Shown: piece by piece, positions 1-9,689 of the stretch
How the letters are laid out: every line of letters starts with the position of its first letter
Numbering within the stretch: the first letter of the stretch is position 1
IMG/VR virus record: IMGVR_UViG_3300027733_000034
Coordinates: 67,533-131,532 of that record
Direction: 5' to 3' (one strand)
Length of the DNA stretch: 64,000 bases
Source: a virus
Made by a program: the position numbers and the translations under genes
The notes under the pieces: model-generated
The model's database searches: none
What the model was told of the DNA's origin: nothing
Seen by the model: only the letters and a program-made list of their open reading frames with translations

Positions 1-668
1 AAATCATCATAATATTTTGAATCTCCGGATTTAAAATTAATACTAATTATACCAGTTTGTCTTGGTATATTTTTAATTAAAAAAGAAATATTAAAATGTT
101 TTGTAGAAGAATTAAAAGTCAAACAAGGATCTTCTAAAGCATAATTGTAGGTACTCCAATCGGTGCCTGGTTCTTTTAATATAAGCACTAGTTGGTCCAA
201 TAAAACTGTTTTTGTATCATTGGTATTACAATCAAAAATTTTTACATGAATGTTGAGATAAAAACGAGAACTAAAATTAATATTAAGAGCTGATGGTGTT
301 AAAATTACGTGATATATTAAGTTATTAACATCATCAAACCAGTACCCAGGTCGAGTGTTAAACGCAGCATATCCAGGTACTTGGCCAGAGTGGGGAGTAA
401 ACTGGCTGTAACGATTAAAAGATTGTATAGAATTGTTTTCTATCACAATTTTTTCAAAAAAACAACCACTTTCTGTTTCCACAAAAAGACAATCATAAAA
501 AGTATCAAATCTCCTAATAGAATTAGAAGTTAATTCACTATAAAAAGAAGAATATTGAGAATATTTTACATATACTCCAGATAATACATTATTTGCAGTG
601 TCTTTGGCTCCGTTTGGAGATCTTAACCACAATTCTCCTGGAAGATTGGCTTGTTCTACAAAATTCAT
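1..668 (-). CDS. Hypothetical protein, probably virion/baseplate-associated (3' end runs off the window)
   Basis: Translated by hand: ATG at 668 overlaps the TGA of the upstream ORF (ATGA); MNFVEQANLPGELWLRSPNG... stays open to base 1; co-oriented with tail genes. Confidence 0.75.
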   Translation of the reverse strand, partial: MNFVEQANLPGELWLRSPNGAKDTANNVLSGVYVKYSQYSSFYSELTSNSIRRFDTFYDCLFVETESGCFFEKIVIENNSIQSFNRYSQFTPHSGQVPGYAAFNTRPGYWFDDVNNLIYHVILTPSALNINFSSRFYLNIHVKIFDCNTNDTKTVLLDQLVLILKEPGTDWSTYNYALEDPCLTFNSSTKHFNISFLIKNIPRQTGIISINFKSGDSKYYDD

Positions 669-1339
669 ACAATATTTACAGATTGATCTAAATTATTTTG
701 TGTGTCAAAGGCTGGTATAACTTTAACAATTGATCTGGGAGTGGATATTAATTGTTGTCGAAGAGTTGGAATATTATTATTCTTCCATTTTACCAAAACC
801 GGACTCAAATAAGATGGTTCAAATGTTTGAAAATTGTAAATAATTGAGTCATCTATTCCGAACATTTTAGTAGAGACTAAATGAACGTCTTCAAAAAATT
901 TAGCACTTATTTCTGTTGGATTACTAGCTAAAATAGCTGTGTTTAAATTTAAAAATATATTATATATTTGAAAACTATCTTGTCTGAGTGCGGGGTCTTG
1001 AGTCCATACACATTTTACAGAAATGTTAATAGAAGTTTTATTACCATCTTTTATATTAAAAAGATGTTTTATAGGATAATTTCGAGGATCACCCAAATCT
1101 TCAGATATGGGTGCAGAAGAATCAGCAGTTTTTGTTGTAAAAAACATTTTTTGAATATGGGGTGGAGTTTCGTCACCAAAATCATATTCAATTCTGATTA
1201 ATTTTTTACCACTATCACTATTTTTAGAAGAGTATAAAAGAGACGGGTCTATAGTAAGCATTAACGGACTTACTCCTTCTATAGTTATACCACTAGAAGA
1301 TAAAGATTCTAATAAAGTTACAGAAGATTCAAAAAACAT
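665..1339 (-). CDS. Hypothetical virion protein with PKD-like YDFGD motif
   Basis: 224-aa ORF in the tail cluster; IEYDFGD resembles the PKD W/YDFGDG motif. Confidence 0.55.
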   Translation of the reverse strand: MFFESSVTLLESLSSSGITIEGVSPLMLTIDPSLLYSSKNSDSGKKLIRIEYDFGDETPPHIQKMFFTTKTADSSAPISEDLGDPRNYPIKHLFNIKDGNKTSINISVKCVWTQDPALRQDSFQIYNIFLNLNTAILASNPTEISAKFFEDVHLVSTKMFGIDDSIIYNFQTFEPSYLSPVLVKWKNNNIPTLRQQLISTPRSIVKVIPAFDTQNNLDQSVNIV

Positions 1340-1348
1340 AAATTATTT

Positions 1349-3823
1349 TTAAACTAACCAACTAGTTATATCTGCTGGGTGTCTTGTTTGTATGTTAACG
1401 GGACCAGACCAATAGCTACTAGGATAACTGCATATCATATAAACTTTATTATATTTGTCTTTGATTAACCAACCTACAACATGATTAATACCAGTCACAG
1501 CCTGAGCATCTACCACGTTTGGTACAGGAACTCTTGCAAAATTTGTAACAGAATCTTTTGCTCCAGTCCATTGTTCTGTGGTTAAAGCGCGCCAGCCTGC
1601 CAAATATAAATAACCATCTGTTCCTATAAAAGCAGAATTTGTGGGATTACTATCTATGCCATATTTTATTAATTTGGCTGGAGTAATGCCTGCTAAAGAA
1701 GTTACTACAGTTGGAGTATTTCTCCAGGTAGTGTCTCCTAGACCCAAAGGACCATAACCATTATATCCCCAGGTGTATACTGTACCATTAGAAGTATATG
1801 CAAGACAATGAGTATAACTACCAGTTCCATAAATTGCCATATCTACAATACCAGATGTAAATGTGGCTATTTTCATGAAAAGATTTCTATTAGTATTATT
1901 ACCCACACCCAATTGACCGTAATCATTTAGTCCAACAGCATATACAGAATTGTCTGCTGTATAAACATACAAAGATTCATAACAAGAGGTGCTCTTTCTA
2001 AAAATTTTAGTAATATTATTAAATGGTGTACCTGGTAAATTGCCATTATTATTTAAACTTTTCTGAGCCACTACAAGCGTATTAGTTGTTTGGGCTGGAG
2101 AACCCGTGCCATTGCTGAACTGACCGTAATAATTTCCACCAGATGACCACAAGGTTCCATCAGTTTTAAGTACATGTAAGCAGGTGCGAGTCATTACTAC
2201 TTGTTTTACTCCACTTTCAAATCCAGTAGGAGTTTTAATATTTTGCCAGTAATCCCAAGTACCATGTCCTAATTCTCCGTAATAATTAGTACCCCATGTA
2301 TATAATTTACCACTAGAGTCTATGGCGGCTGTATTTGGCCAATCATAACTACCATGACTAGATGTTTCAAAATCTACTATAAATGATGAAATGGCTATTT
2401 TTTGAAAATAATAATTCCAATTACCTAGAGCATCTACTCCTATAAACCACAAGGTACCATCATCAAACAGCACCATAGAATGAGCTCTGGTAGTTATCAT
2501 CTTTATAACTTTGGTATTTGCAGGAAGTGTAAAGTTATAAAATCCATCAAATGGAATTTGCATAGGGGGCCATATGCTAGCATTATCATCTTTAGAAAAG
2601 AATCGATTATTGCCCCACATTATTACTCGATTGTCAGAAGTTACTACATTGGCTGTCCAGTGACTAGTGTGATTTTCGCCAAAAAATGCAACAGTTTTGG
2701 GTATACTGCTATAAGAAGTAATTTTTGTACCGTCTGCAAAGGTTATTCCACTAAGAGCACTTAAATTACTTGTAACAGTTAAAGATCCGCTAATAGTTTG
2801 TATAGAACTTTGTGGTTGATTGGTTTTTATTACATTAATTGCAGATAACTGGTTGCTGTTGTTGACTACAATGGTTTCTCCGTCGACGTTTGCTGCAACT
2901 GTAGAGCCATTTAAACAAACTCCTTGGCTAAAATTATAACCTAAACTTATTTTGTTTAAATTATTAAGTTTTATGGATGTATTATCGATGTTTGGAGTTA
3001 CAACTTTGTCTGTACTGACACTCATTCCAGTACCAAAAGTGGTTATAGAAGATATCTGACCATTTATAATTTTAATGGTGTTATTGTCTACTGCAGCTGA
3101 AATTGAGGTATATCCGGAACTAATGGTAGAATTGATGGTAAGTCCAGCTGATGGAATAAATCTAAATCGGCTAGCGGATGTCAATTCTACTAAATTAGAT
3201 ACCGGATTTATTTGAATAGAATTGTTGTCTACATTTAAATTTACACCATAGCAGATTGTTTGTGTTCCACTTGAGGGATCAAAACTAGTTGCTAAATAAG
3301 AAGATTGCAAACCAGAATTGGATGCAAAACAATAAGAGTTTCTGCTAAATGTTGGCGGGTGTCCTACCATGGCACACAAAGCATCAGTAATGGTTGCCAA
3401 GTTGACAGACATTCTTCCGTCATTGGCTATGCTTATAGTATTTGGATCTGTATAAACTTTTACTACAGTTCCATTCACCTGTAGCCCATCTGTAAAAGTA
3501 TAATTACCACCTCCACCACCTCCACCTACGCCAGCATTATTAATACTTCCAGATATAGTTAAATTGCCATGGATACAAGTGTTACCGTATATATCAGCTC
3601 CAAGAACATTTCCGCACGCCACAATTCCGGTGTAATTGCTTTTAAAAAATCCAGCAGAAGCACTGAGAGGAGCAATTGCACTTAAAGTACCGTTCAAAAC
3701 AAACGGTCCCTGGAAAGGAGCTTCTGGACTTGCTATTGGGTCGTGTCCAGCATCTGGATTATCACTGCTAGAGTAAGTGTGATGATTTTGGCGATGGTAC
3801 TTAGAATGAAAACGGTTACTCAT
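1349..3823 (-). CDS. Tail fibre/receptor-binding protein with shaft repeats and C-terminal RCC1/BLIP-II beta-propeller
   Basis: Repeats TDPNTISIA, VDNNSIQIN, VDNNTIKII, IDNTSIKLN, VDGETIVVN; RCC1 repeats LYTWGTNYYGELGHG, VYAVGLNDYGQLGVG, VYTWGYNGYGPLGLG. Confidence 0.75.
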   Translation of the reverse strand: MSNRFHSKYHRQNHHTYSSSDNPDAGHDPIASPEAPFQGPFVLNGTLSAIAPLSASAGFFKSNYTGIVACGNVLGADIYGNTCIHGNLTISGSINNAGVGGGGGGGNYTFTDGLQVNGTVVKVYTDPNTISIANDGRMSVNLATITDALCAMVGHPPTFSRNSYCFASNSGLQSSYLATSFDPSSGTQTICYGVNLNVDNNSIQINPVSNLVELTSASRFRFIPSAGLTINSTISSGYTSISAAVDNNTIKIINGQISSITTFGTGMSVSTDKVVTPNIDNTSIKLNNLNKISLGYNFSQGVCLNGSTVAANVDGETIVVNNSNQLSAINVIKTNQPQSSIQTISGSLTVTSNLSALSGITFADGTKITSYSSIPKTVAFFGENHTSHWTANVVTSDNRVIMWGNNRFFSKDDNASIWPPMQIPFDGFYNFTLPANTKVIKMITTRAHSMVLFDDGTLWFIGVDALGNWNYYFQKIAISSFIVDFETSSHGSYDWPNTAAIDSSGKLYTWGTNYYGELGHGTWDYWQNIKTPTGFESGVKQVVMTRTCLHVLKTDGTLWSSGGNYYGQFSNGTGSPAQTTNTLVVAQKSLNNNGNLPGTPFNNITKIFRKSTSCYESLYVYTADNSVYAVGLNDYGQLGVGNNTNRNLFMKIATFTSGIVDMAIYGTGSYTHCLAYTSNGTVYTWGYNGYGPLGLGDTTWRNTPTVVTSLAGITPAKLIKYGIDSNPTNSAFIGTDGYLYLAGWRALTTEQWTGAKDSVTNFARVPVPNVVDAQAVTGINHVVGWLIKDKYNKVYMICSYPSSYWSGPVNIQTRHPADITSWLV

Positions 3824-3849
3824 AACAAATGTGGGATGTAATATTTACC

Positions 3850-6800
3850 TTATTCGTCCAAGGGATTAGGTGTGCTGTTACAGCAATCAGAACTAGCGTT
3901 GTTCCAGGTTTTAGTCCATCCTTCACTAGAATCATAATTTATAGGAAAAGAAGATTCCAATTCTCGATAGGTGATGGGATTTACATTACATATTCTTATG
4001 GATGGTAGGGATAGATTGTAACAAGACATAGCATTCCAAGACCAACAAAATCCCTGTGGGCATATTACAGATACACCAGCTCCTTCTACTTTAAAATCAG
4101 GTAAGAAAAGAGGTGAAATATCTAAAAATTGTTTGATAGATAATATAGAGTCGTAAATTTTGTCTATTTCTCTATTTAAAATTTGAGGAAGATGAAATTC
4201 ATTTACACCCACAGAGACGGTGTCTTTCTCTACATCTTTGTGTAAGGATGGTTGTTCTGTAATTGATACCGGTATCTGAGCATAATAGGTAACTATTCCA
4301 ACGGAAAGTCTTTCTGTAACTTTAGAAAATTTTCCATTAAGATTATTTCTGAAAGTTTTTATATTCTGAGAAATTCTCTTCAAAGATTTATTGTAAGAAA
4401 TATCTGAAGCAAAATCGTCTTTTTTTAATAATATTTGTTCTTCAGACCACATATTTGTCGGCAAACCTTGGCCAATACGAAACAAATCTACCACATCTTG
4501 AATTTTTACAATAGCTTGTGGAATAGCCATTAATAAATTACGGTAGGAAGATTTTTTAATGGTTAGGGGATTATATGTAAGAGGAGAAGTTCCTATATAC
4601 ACTCCAAGAGCACTATATTTAAACAATAAACCACCTCTACCATTAGAAGCAATGATGTATAAAAATTCACCAGCTTCGTCCAAAGTCATTTTGGTTATAA
4701 CTGCATTTGGATAATAGATACTAATTTCTGATAAAGATTTTACATATAACGGGGAAGGAGATGAAATATCAAAAACATATAAATTATGGTTTTCAGAAAT
4801 CGTATAACACATTCCGTCAAAATGAGTGGCTAGATATTCTGGTCTATCTGTTTCAAATTTTTCTGTATAATAGGTGTGAATCCAATTTAGATCACTAGTA
4901 AATTCTTTGACACATTTATTATTATAATCCAAAACAAATACATTGTTTTCAGACAAAGATAAATCTGATGGAGCAGAAAATCTACTAGAATCATTTCGTC
5001 CACCAAATCCTCCGACATTGATAGATATATTAATGGTTTGTGATTCTATGTCTATATTTAAACTATAAAGTTTATTAGATGGTGGGTCTAATATATACAT
5101 TATTCCATTTTCATCCACTTCCATGTTAGTTGGTCTTACAAATTGATTTACAAAAGATGGAGTATTGGTGAATATTATTTCTTGTGGTTTATAGTTTTTA
5201 TTTAAAAACATTCTAACATTAAAATAATCATCTAAAACATATAGATAATCTCCAGAAGAAGAAATATCTATTATGTTATTAAAGAACTGCACAGTACTAT
5301 CTTTATAAACATTATTATTTATATAACTAAATGTAGTTGGAGACGCATAATATTTGCCACCAAAATATTTGTTATGCCAGCGAATACCAAATCCTTTTTT
5401 TGTAGCATTGCATCCAAGCCATCCATAATAAACGGTTGGAAAATCACTATTGATGGATTGAGTGCTGTCTTGAAGTTTGGTTAAATTGTCACTTAATCTT
5501 TTTAAAGAAGTGTTAAAGATATCTGCTACTCCCCATTCATTGGGTTGGATGTGAGTTTGCTCTCGAGTCCATGGCAAATCTATAATCTCCTCATTAAGAT
5601 CTCTTAAATGAGTTTGATTATATTCTGACCATTTGGATTTAATTATGATTGGTTCGGCTAAGGTGCCTATTTTAGTAGCTCCATCTTGATAGACAGCTTC
5701 ATAATCTATAAAATATGTCCCAGGCTGGGTGTATGTGTGTTCTGCTAATCCTCCTTTGTAGGAAATTACACCATCTGTGGCGTTTTCACCAAAATATGTT
5801 CTATAAAAAAGAATATTATTATCATCTACTTCCGCTGGTGAGGTATATGCAACTGATATTGGAGCTCCGGTGATGGATATAAAATTTGAAACAAAAATAG
5901 AGGGAGATACTGCGGTGGCAAATGCTGTGAATGTTCTCCATCTATTATCCCCACTTAATGGATAAATTCTTTGACTAAATACTGGATTCCATAAATCACC
6001 TCCTTGTGGCCAAACTCCGGATGAATAATTACTGAAAGTAGAGCTTGGAATTGTGAATGGAATATTAGTACTGTATAAAGATATGCTCAATCTGTTGATT
6101 TGCTCTTCTGTTAGATAACCAGGTTCATAGGGATCTCCTATTTGTAAATTAATTGTTTGAGTTCCAGTGGTTGCTGGAACTGTTACTAAATAAGAATCTG
6201 GCCAAAGTGTACTTTTAAGAGCATAGGTAGCAGTTCCTCCACTAACTGGAATTACTGGTGAGGTAGAATCCGCAGCACTTATAAATTGTGTCAAAGAAAT
6301 ATATCTCTTATAATCTAAATCTATCTTAGTTGAATCTAGAGTATAAGAAAAAAGAACACCTGTATTAAAGTTTACTAGTGTTGGATTTTTTTCAAAAGAA
6401 TTTACACCAGTTGTGGATGGTAAAACAGAACTTGCAGTAAGGTTAAAATTATACATCCTTAATTCTCCACCCACACTAGACGGTTTAACATACTGAAAAG
6501 GTGTAGTCTGCGGATACATCTGTCCATATGCTGTTAAAGATATAGTTAGACCGTCATTTGAGAGAAACTCTGGAGTATACGGTAGAGATATTAGAGTTGC
6601 TGAAGGGGATTTTAGTGTGGATAAAAAGGTTTTTTGAGATCCAATACTATAGTCGTACTCTGTCATTATCTTGTTGGCACTGACATAAAAATTTTGACTA
6701 CTAGATTTCTTATTATTATATGCCGTAGGAGCATTTGCTAATGTATAATTGCTAGCACTTAGCAAAACTGCCCTTGTTCCACTCCAACAATACTCTGGGT

Positions 6801-9666
6801 ATGTAATAAATTTTAATGGAGTATAAAATTCAGATGAATTTGGGGTATAAATCGTAGCAGTTGTTGCTATATTATGATATGCTGGAATTTTAAAATCTAC
6901 ATTTTCTATTAAATTGGGATCTTGCCATCCTACCGCATAGGCACTTAAGGCACATAATGTAACTATGGTAGTATTAATATTTGCAGAAGTAATTGCAAAA
7001 TTTAAAGTGGGATGTTTGCCGTAAAGTGATGAAATTAATAGAGTGTGTCCAGTGTTGTCAGAAACACTCCATACATAAGTAGTGCTTAAAGATACGTCAG
7101 ATGTGCTATAAGAAGACAGAGAAAATACATTTGTGTTGTCATTTGGTCTGGTCAGAATGTATTGATTTAAAGTGGTGTCTAATATGGTTGCAGATATAGA
7201 GTTATATCCGGTATATGATATAGTAAAATCTGAATTCAAAAGATCCCTGGACGGAAATTCATCTACATAAAAACTATAATTGGTTTTGAATAAATTATTT
7301 TGAGAATGACACATTAAAACCATTTCCACTTCATTAACATCTGGTAATTGTGTTGAGTATCCCGGAGTCACCTCTACAAAAATAGAACTAAGTTGAGTTG
7401 CTGGTAGTATGGTTCCGTAACTATATGGAGTGAGAGAACCGCCGCTTCCGTAGTAATATACACTAATTGGTGTTAACTCTGGTTGTAATATGGATGCATA
7501 TTTCCAAGACCAGGACAAAGAGGTGCCAGTCGGAAACTGATACACTTTGCCGTGATAAGGTACTAACGCAGATAAACCTATGGTTCTAATTTTATTTAAA
7601 TTGTTAAAAATTTTATTAGGTCCTATAAGAAATCTTTTTTCATCAAACGGATTTTGAATGGCAGAGTTGGATTGTAAGGTGGTTACTTCATTATACTTCT
7701 GAGAAGATAGTTGAATGGTAATGGTATTCAATCCAAAGTCACTAAATCTTACATAAGATGTTTGCGCAGAAAATAAAATTGGTACATTAGCAGATAAGGA
7801 TTTAATAATGTTTCCACTGAGGTCTAAAGAACTTAATGTAGCACCTAAACCAGATGGTGAATAACTCCAAGTAATATAAGAATTTCTTAAATCTCTAGTA
7901 GGCCATTGAGGTGCTGCTGTCAACATATTACAAGATACCTCAAAAGTGGCGCCAGTTTGATTGATTGGATTTAAAAATATAGGAGATCCGGTATAACTTT
8001 GAGTTTGGTTTTTTGCTATAGTTATTACTGTAGGCAATTTAGAAGTAATCCAACCACCAGCAGAACTTAATGTAGATCTCAATACTAAAGTAGCCTCTCC
8101 ATAGGGAGTGTGTGGATAATCTATGGTTAAGTCTACTCCAGATAATACCGGAACCCATGGAGAAAATTTTAAATTATATGGGTCTTTGTTTGGTCCGTAA
8201 TATACATTAATAGCACTTAGGTCTAATAAAAAAGAATCAGATAATAATTCATATTTTATATATTCTTTTACATTATTATTTTTAAGATCATATTTTAGCA
8301 ATCCGTAATCTGAACTTATAAAAGAAGATAAAACAACGGTTTGAGAATTTGCAGAAACTGCTGATGTAATTAAGCTAAAAGTTAAATAACATGAATCTGT
8401 TAAATTATTAAATCCAAGTTTTGGAGCTGATAAAGATAACTGATAAGAATAGTAATGAGGAGGATACTTAGTAATTGTTTGTATACTCTTGTTAGCAACT
8501 GTCGGTGAAATTGGAACATTTAAATCATAACCAAGAGAATTAATATAAAAGGCACTAAGAGTAGAATTTACAGTTTCTAAAGAATATAATAAAATTGGAC
8601 TATCGGATATAAAATCTAATCCAAGGAAAGATCCGGGTCTTCCGGTTACATCACTATATATTGTTTTATTAACATAATGATACCGGCTATAATAATTAAC
8701 TGTAGAGGAAGACAGATCTACTACTGCACTTAATATGCAATTGCTTGCATCTCCAAGATTAGAGATAGTGTCACCCAAGGCTCTAAATTGTAGTAATTGA
8801 AATGCCTGACGATTGCTAGATAAACTTTGATTATTAAGAATATAAGAACTTTTAAAAGAATGAGGAAGTTCAGGGTGGGTATCTATACGATCTTGGCCAA
8901 GAGTCAAAACACCGTCATACGCAGAATATGTTACAGAATATGTTACACACGGAGAATCTGGTCTTATCTTCGACTTAATAGTGGTATCTTCCAAAGCCCG
9001 AACAGAATTATACGGGTTGTTGATAGGTGAAAAAATAATGACGGGATAGTTAATTCGTTGTCTGCAAGAACTTAAGCTAAAAACATAAGAAGTATCGGAT
9101 GTAGTTGGAAGAGGACTGAATGTGGGTCCGTTGTTTAAAAAATCATAATGTTGGCTATATGCCAATGCCTCTGAAGCAGAGGATTTAAAAAAATAGGTAG
9201 TGTGATCTGTTACTACTGCAGAAGTGGTTAGGGTCCAAGAACTAATATTTTTAACTAAAGAAACTGGTTTGAGAAATAATCTAGAAGGATAAAGAGAATA
9301 GGCATATTCTCTTTTAAAAGCAGCTTCTGCTCCCGGGTTAATATTTACGTAAAAATAATTAAACTGATGACCTATATTATATTTTGTGCGGTGACTAGAT
9401 AAATCCCATACAAAGGATGCTCCTGTGTCTGTATTAATTATATATTGACTAGTTTGATTGGAAAAAAAGTAAGATGCTTTGTCGTAATAAACTGTATTAA
9501 CATTTTCTACTTCGTTGATAGGCACGTTGCTGAGCCTGAGTAAATTTTCAGCTGGAAGTTCTCCAAGTCGTGGTTCTATAAGTTGAGAACTAGGAGAAAT
9601 TCTGTAGGTTTCTGTGGGCCAGGTACCTAATTTTTCAATTAAAAAAGCGGAGTCAGCAGCTGCCAT
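3850..9666 (-). CDS. Giant (1938 aa) virion/baseplate protein with PKD-like and NHL-repeat beta-propeller regions
   Basis: Ser/Thr-rich beta-type sequence; TYFGE...HTYTQPGTYFI (PKD-like); FVRPTNMEVDENG.MYILD and FSAPSDLSL.ENNVFVLDYNN (NHL repeats); downstream of gp6. Confidence 0.65.
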   Translation of the reverse strand: MAAADSAFLIEKLGTWPTETYRISPSSQLIEPRLGELPAENLLRLSNVPINEVENVNTVYYDKASYFFSNQTSQYIINTDTGASFVWDLSSHRTKYNIGHQFNYFYVNINPGAEAAFKREYAYSLYPSRLFLKPVSLVKNISSWTLTTSAVVTDHTTYFFKSSASEALAYSQHYDFLNNGPTFSPLPTTSDTSYVFSLSSCRQRINYPVIIFSPINNPYNSVRALEDTTIKSKIRPDSPCVTYSVTYSAYDGVLTLGQDRIDTHPELPHSFKSSYILNNQSLSSNRQAFQLLQFRALGDTISNLGDASNCILSAVVDLSSSTVNYYSRYHYVNKTIYSDVTGRPGSFLGLDFISDSPILLYSLETVNSTLSAFYINSLGYDLNVPISPTVANKSIQTITKYPPHYYSYQLSLSAPKLGFNNLTDSCYLTFSLITSAVSANSQTVVLSSFISSDYGLLKYDLKNNNVKEYIKYELLSDSFLLDLSAINVYYGPNKDPYNLKFSPWVPVLSGVDLTIDYPHTPYGEATLVLRSTLSSAGGWITSKLPTVITIAKNQTQSYTGSPIFLNPINQTGATFEVSCNMLTAAPQWPTRDLRNSYITWSYSPSGLGATLSSLDLSGNIIKSLSANVPILFSAQTSYVRFSDFGLNTITIQLSSQKYNEVTTLQSNSAIQNPFDEKRFLIGPNKIFNNLNKIRTIGLSALVPYHGKVYQFPTGTSLSWSWKYASILQPELTPISVYYYGSGGSLTPYSYGTILPATQLSSIFVEVTPGYSTQLPDVNEVEMVLMCHSQNNLFKTNYSFYVDEFPSRDLLNSDFTISYTGYNSISATILDTTLNQYILTRPNDNTNVFSLSSYSTSDVSLSTTYVWSVSDNTGHTLLISSLYGKHPTLNFAITSANINTTIVTLCALSAYAVGWQDPNLIENVDFKIPAYHNIATTATIYTPNSSEFYTPLKFITYPEYCWSGTRAVLLSASNYTLANAPTAYNNKKSSSQNFYVSANKIMTEYDYSIGSQKTFLSTLKSPSATLISLPYTPEFLSNDGLTISLTAYGQMYPQTTPFQYVKPSSVGGELRMYNFNLTASSVLPSTTGVNSFEKNPTLVNFNTGVLFSYTLDSTKIDLDYKRYISLTQFISAADSTSPVIPVSGGTATYALKSTLWPDSYLVTVPATTGTQTINLQIGDPYEPGYLTEEQINRLSISLYSTNIPFTIPSSTFSNYSSGVWPQGGDLWNPVFSQRIYPLSGDNRWRTFTAFATAVSPSIFVSNFISITGAPISVAYTSPAEVDDNNILFYRTYFGENATDGVISYKGGLAEHTYTQPGTYFIDYEAVYQDGATKIGTLAEPIIIKSKWSEYNQTHLRDLNEEIIDLPWTREQTHIQPNEWGVADIFNTSLKRLSDNLTKLQDSTQSINSDFPTVYYGWLGCNATKKGFGIRWHNKYFGGKYYASPTTFSYINNNVYKDSTVQFFNNIIDISSSGDYLYVLDDYFNVRMFLNKNYKPQEIIFTNTPSFVNQFVRPTNMEVDENGIMYILDPPSNKLYSLNIDIESQTINISINVGGFGGRNDSSRFSAPSDLSLSENNVFVLDYNNKCVKEFTSDLNWIHTYYTEKFETDRPEYLATHFDGMCYTISENHNLYVFDISSPSPLYVKSLSEISIYYPNAVITKMTLDEAGEFLYIIASNGRGGLLFKYSALGVYIGTSPLTYNPLTIKKSSYRNLLMAIPQAIVKIQDVVDLFRIGQGLPTNMWSEEQILLKKDDFASDISYNKSLKRISQNIKTFRNNLNGKFSKVTERLSVGIVTYYAQIPVSITEQPSLHKDVEKDTVSVGVNEFHLPQILNREIDKIYDSILSIKQFLDISPLFLPDFKVEGAGVSVICPQGFCWSWNAMSCYNLSLPSIRICNVNPITYRELESSFPINYDSSEGWTKTWNNASSDCCNSTPNPLDE

Positions 9667-9689
9667 GGCAATAATACTTAGAATGAAAT

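Noticed and set aside
1349-2700. Diversity-generating retroelement target in the fibre tip
   Set aside because: No reverse transcriptase or template-repeat copy seen in the window
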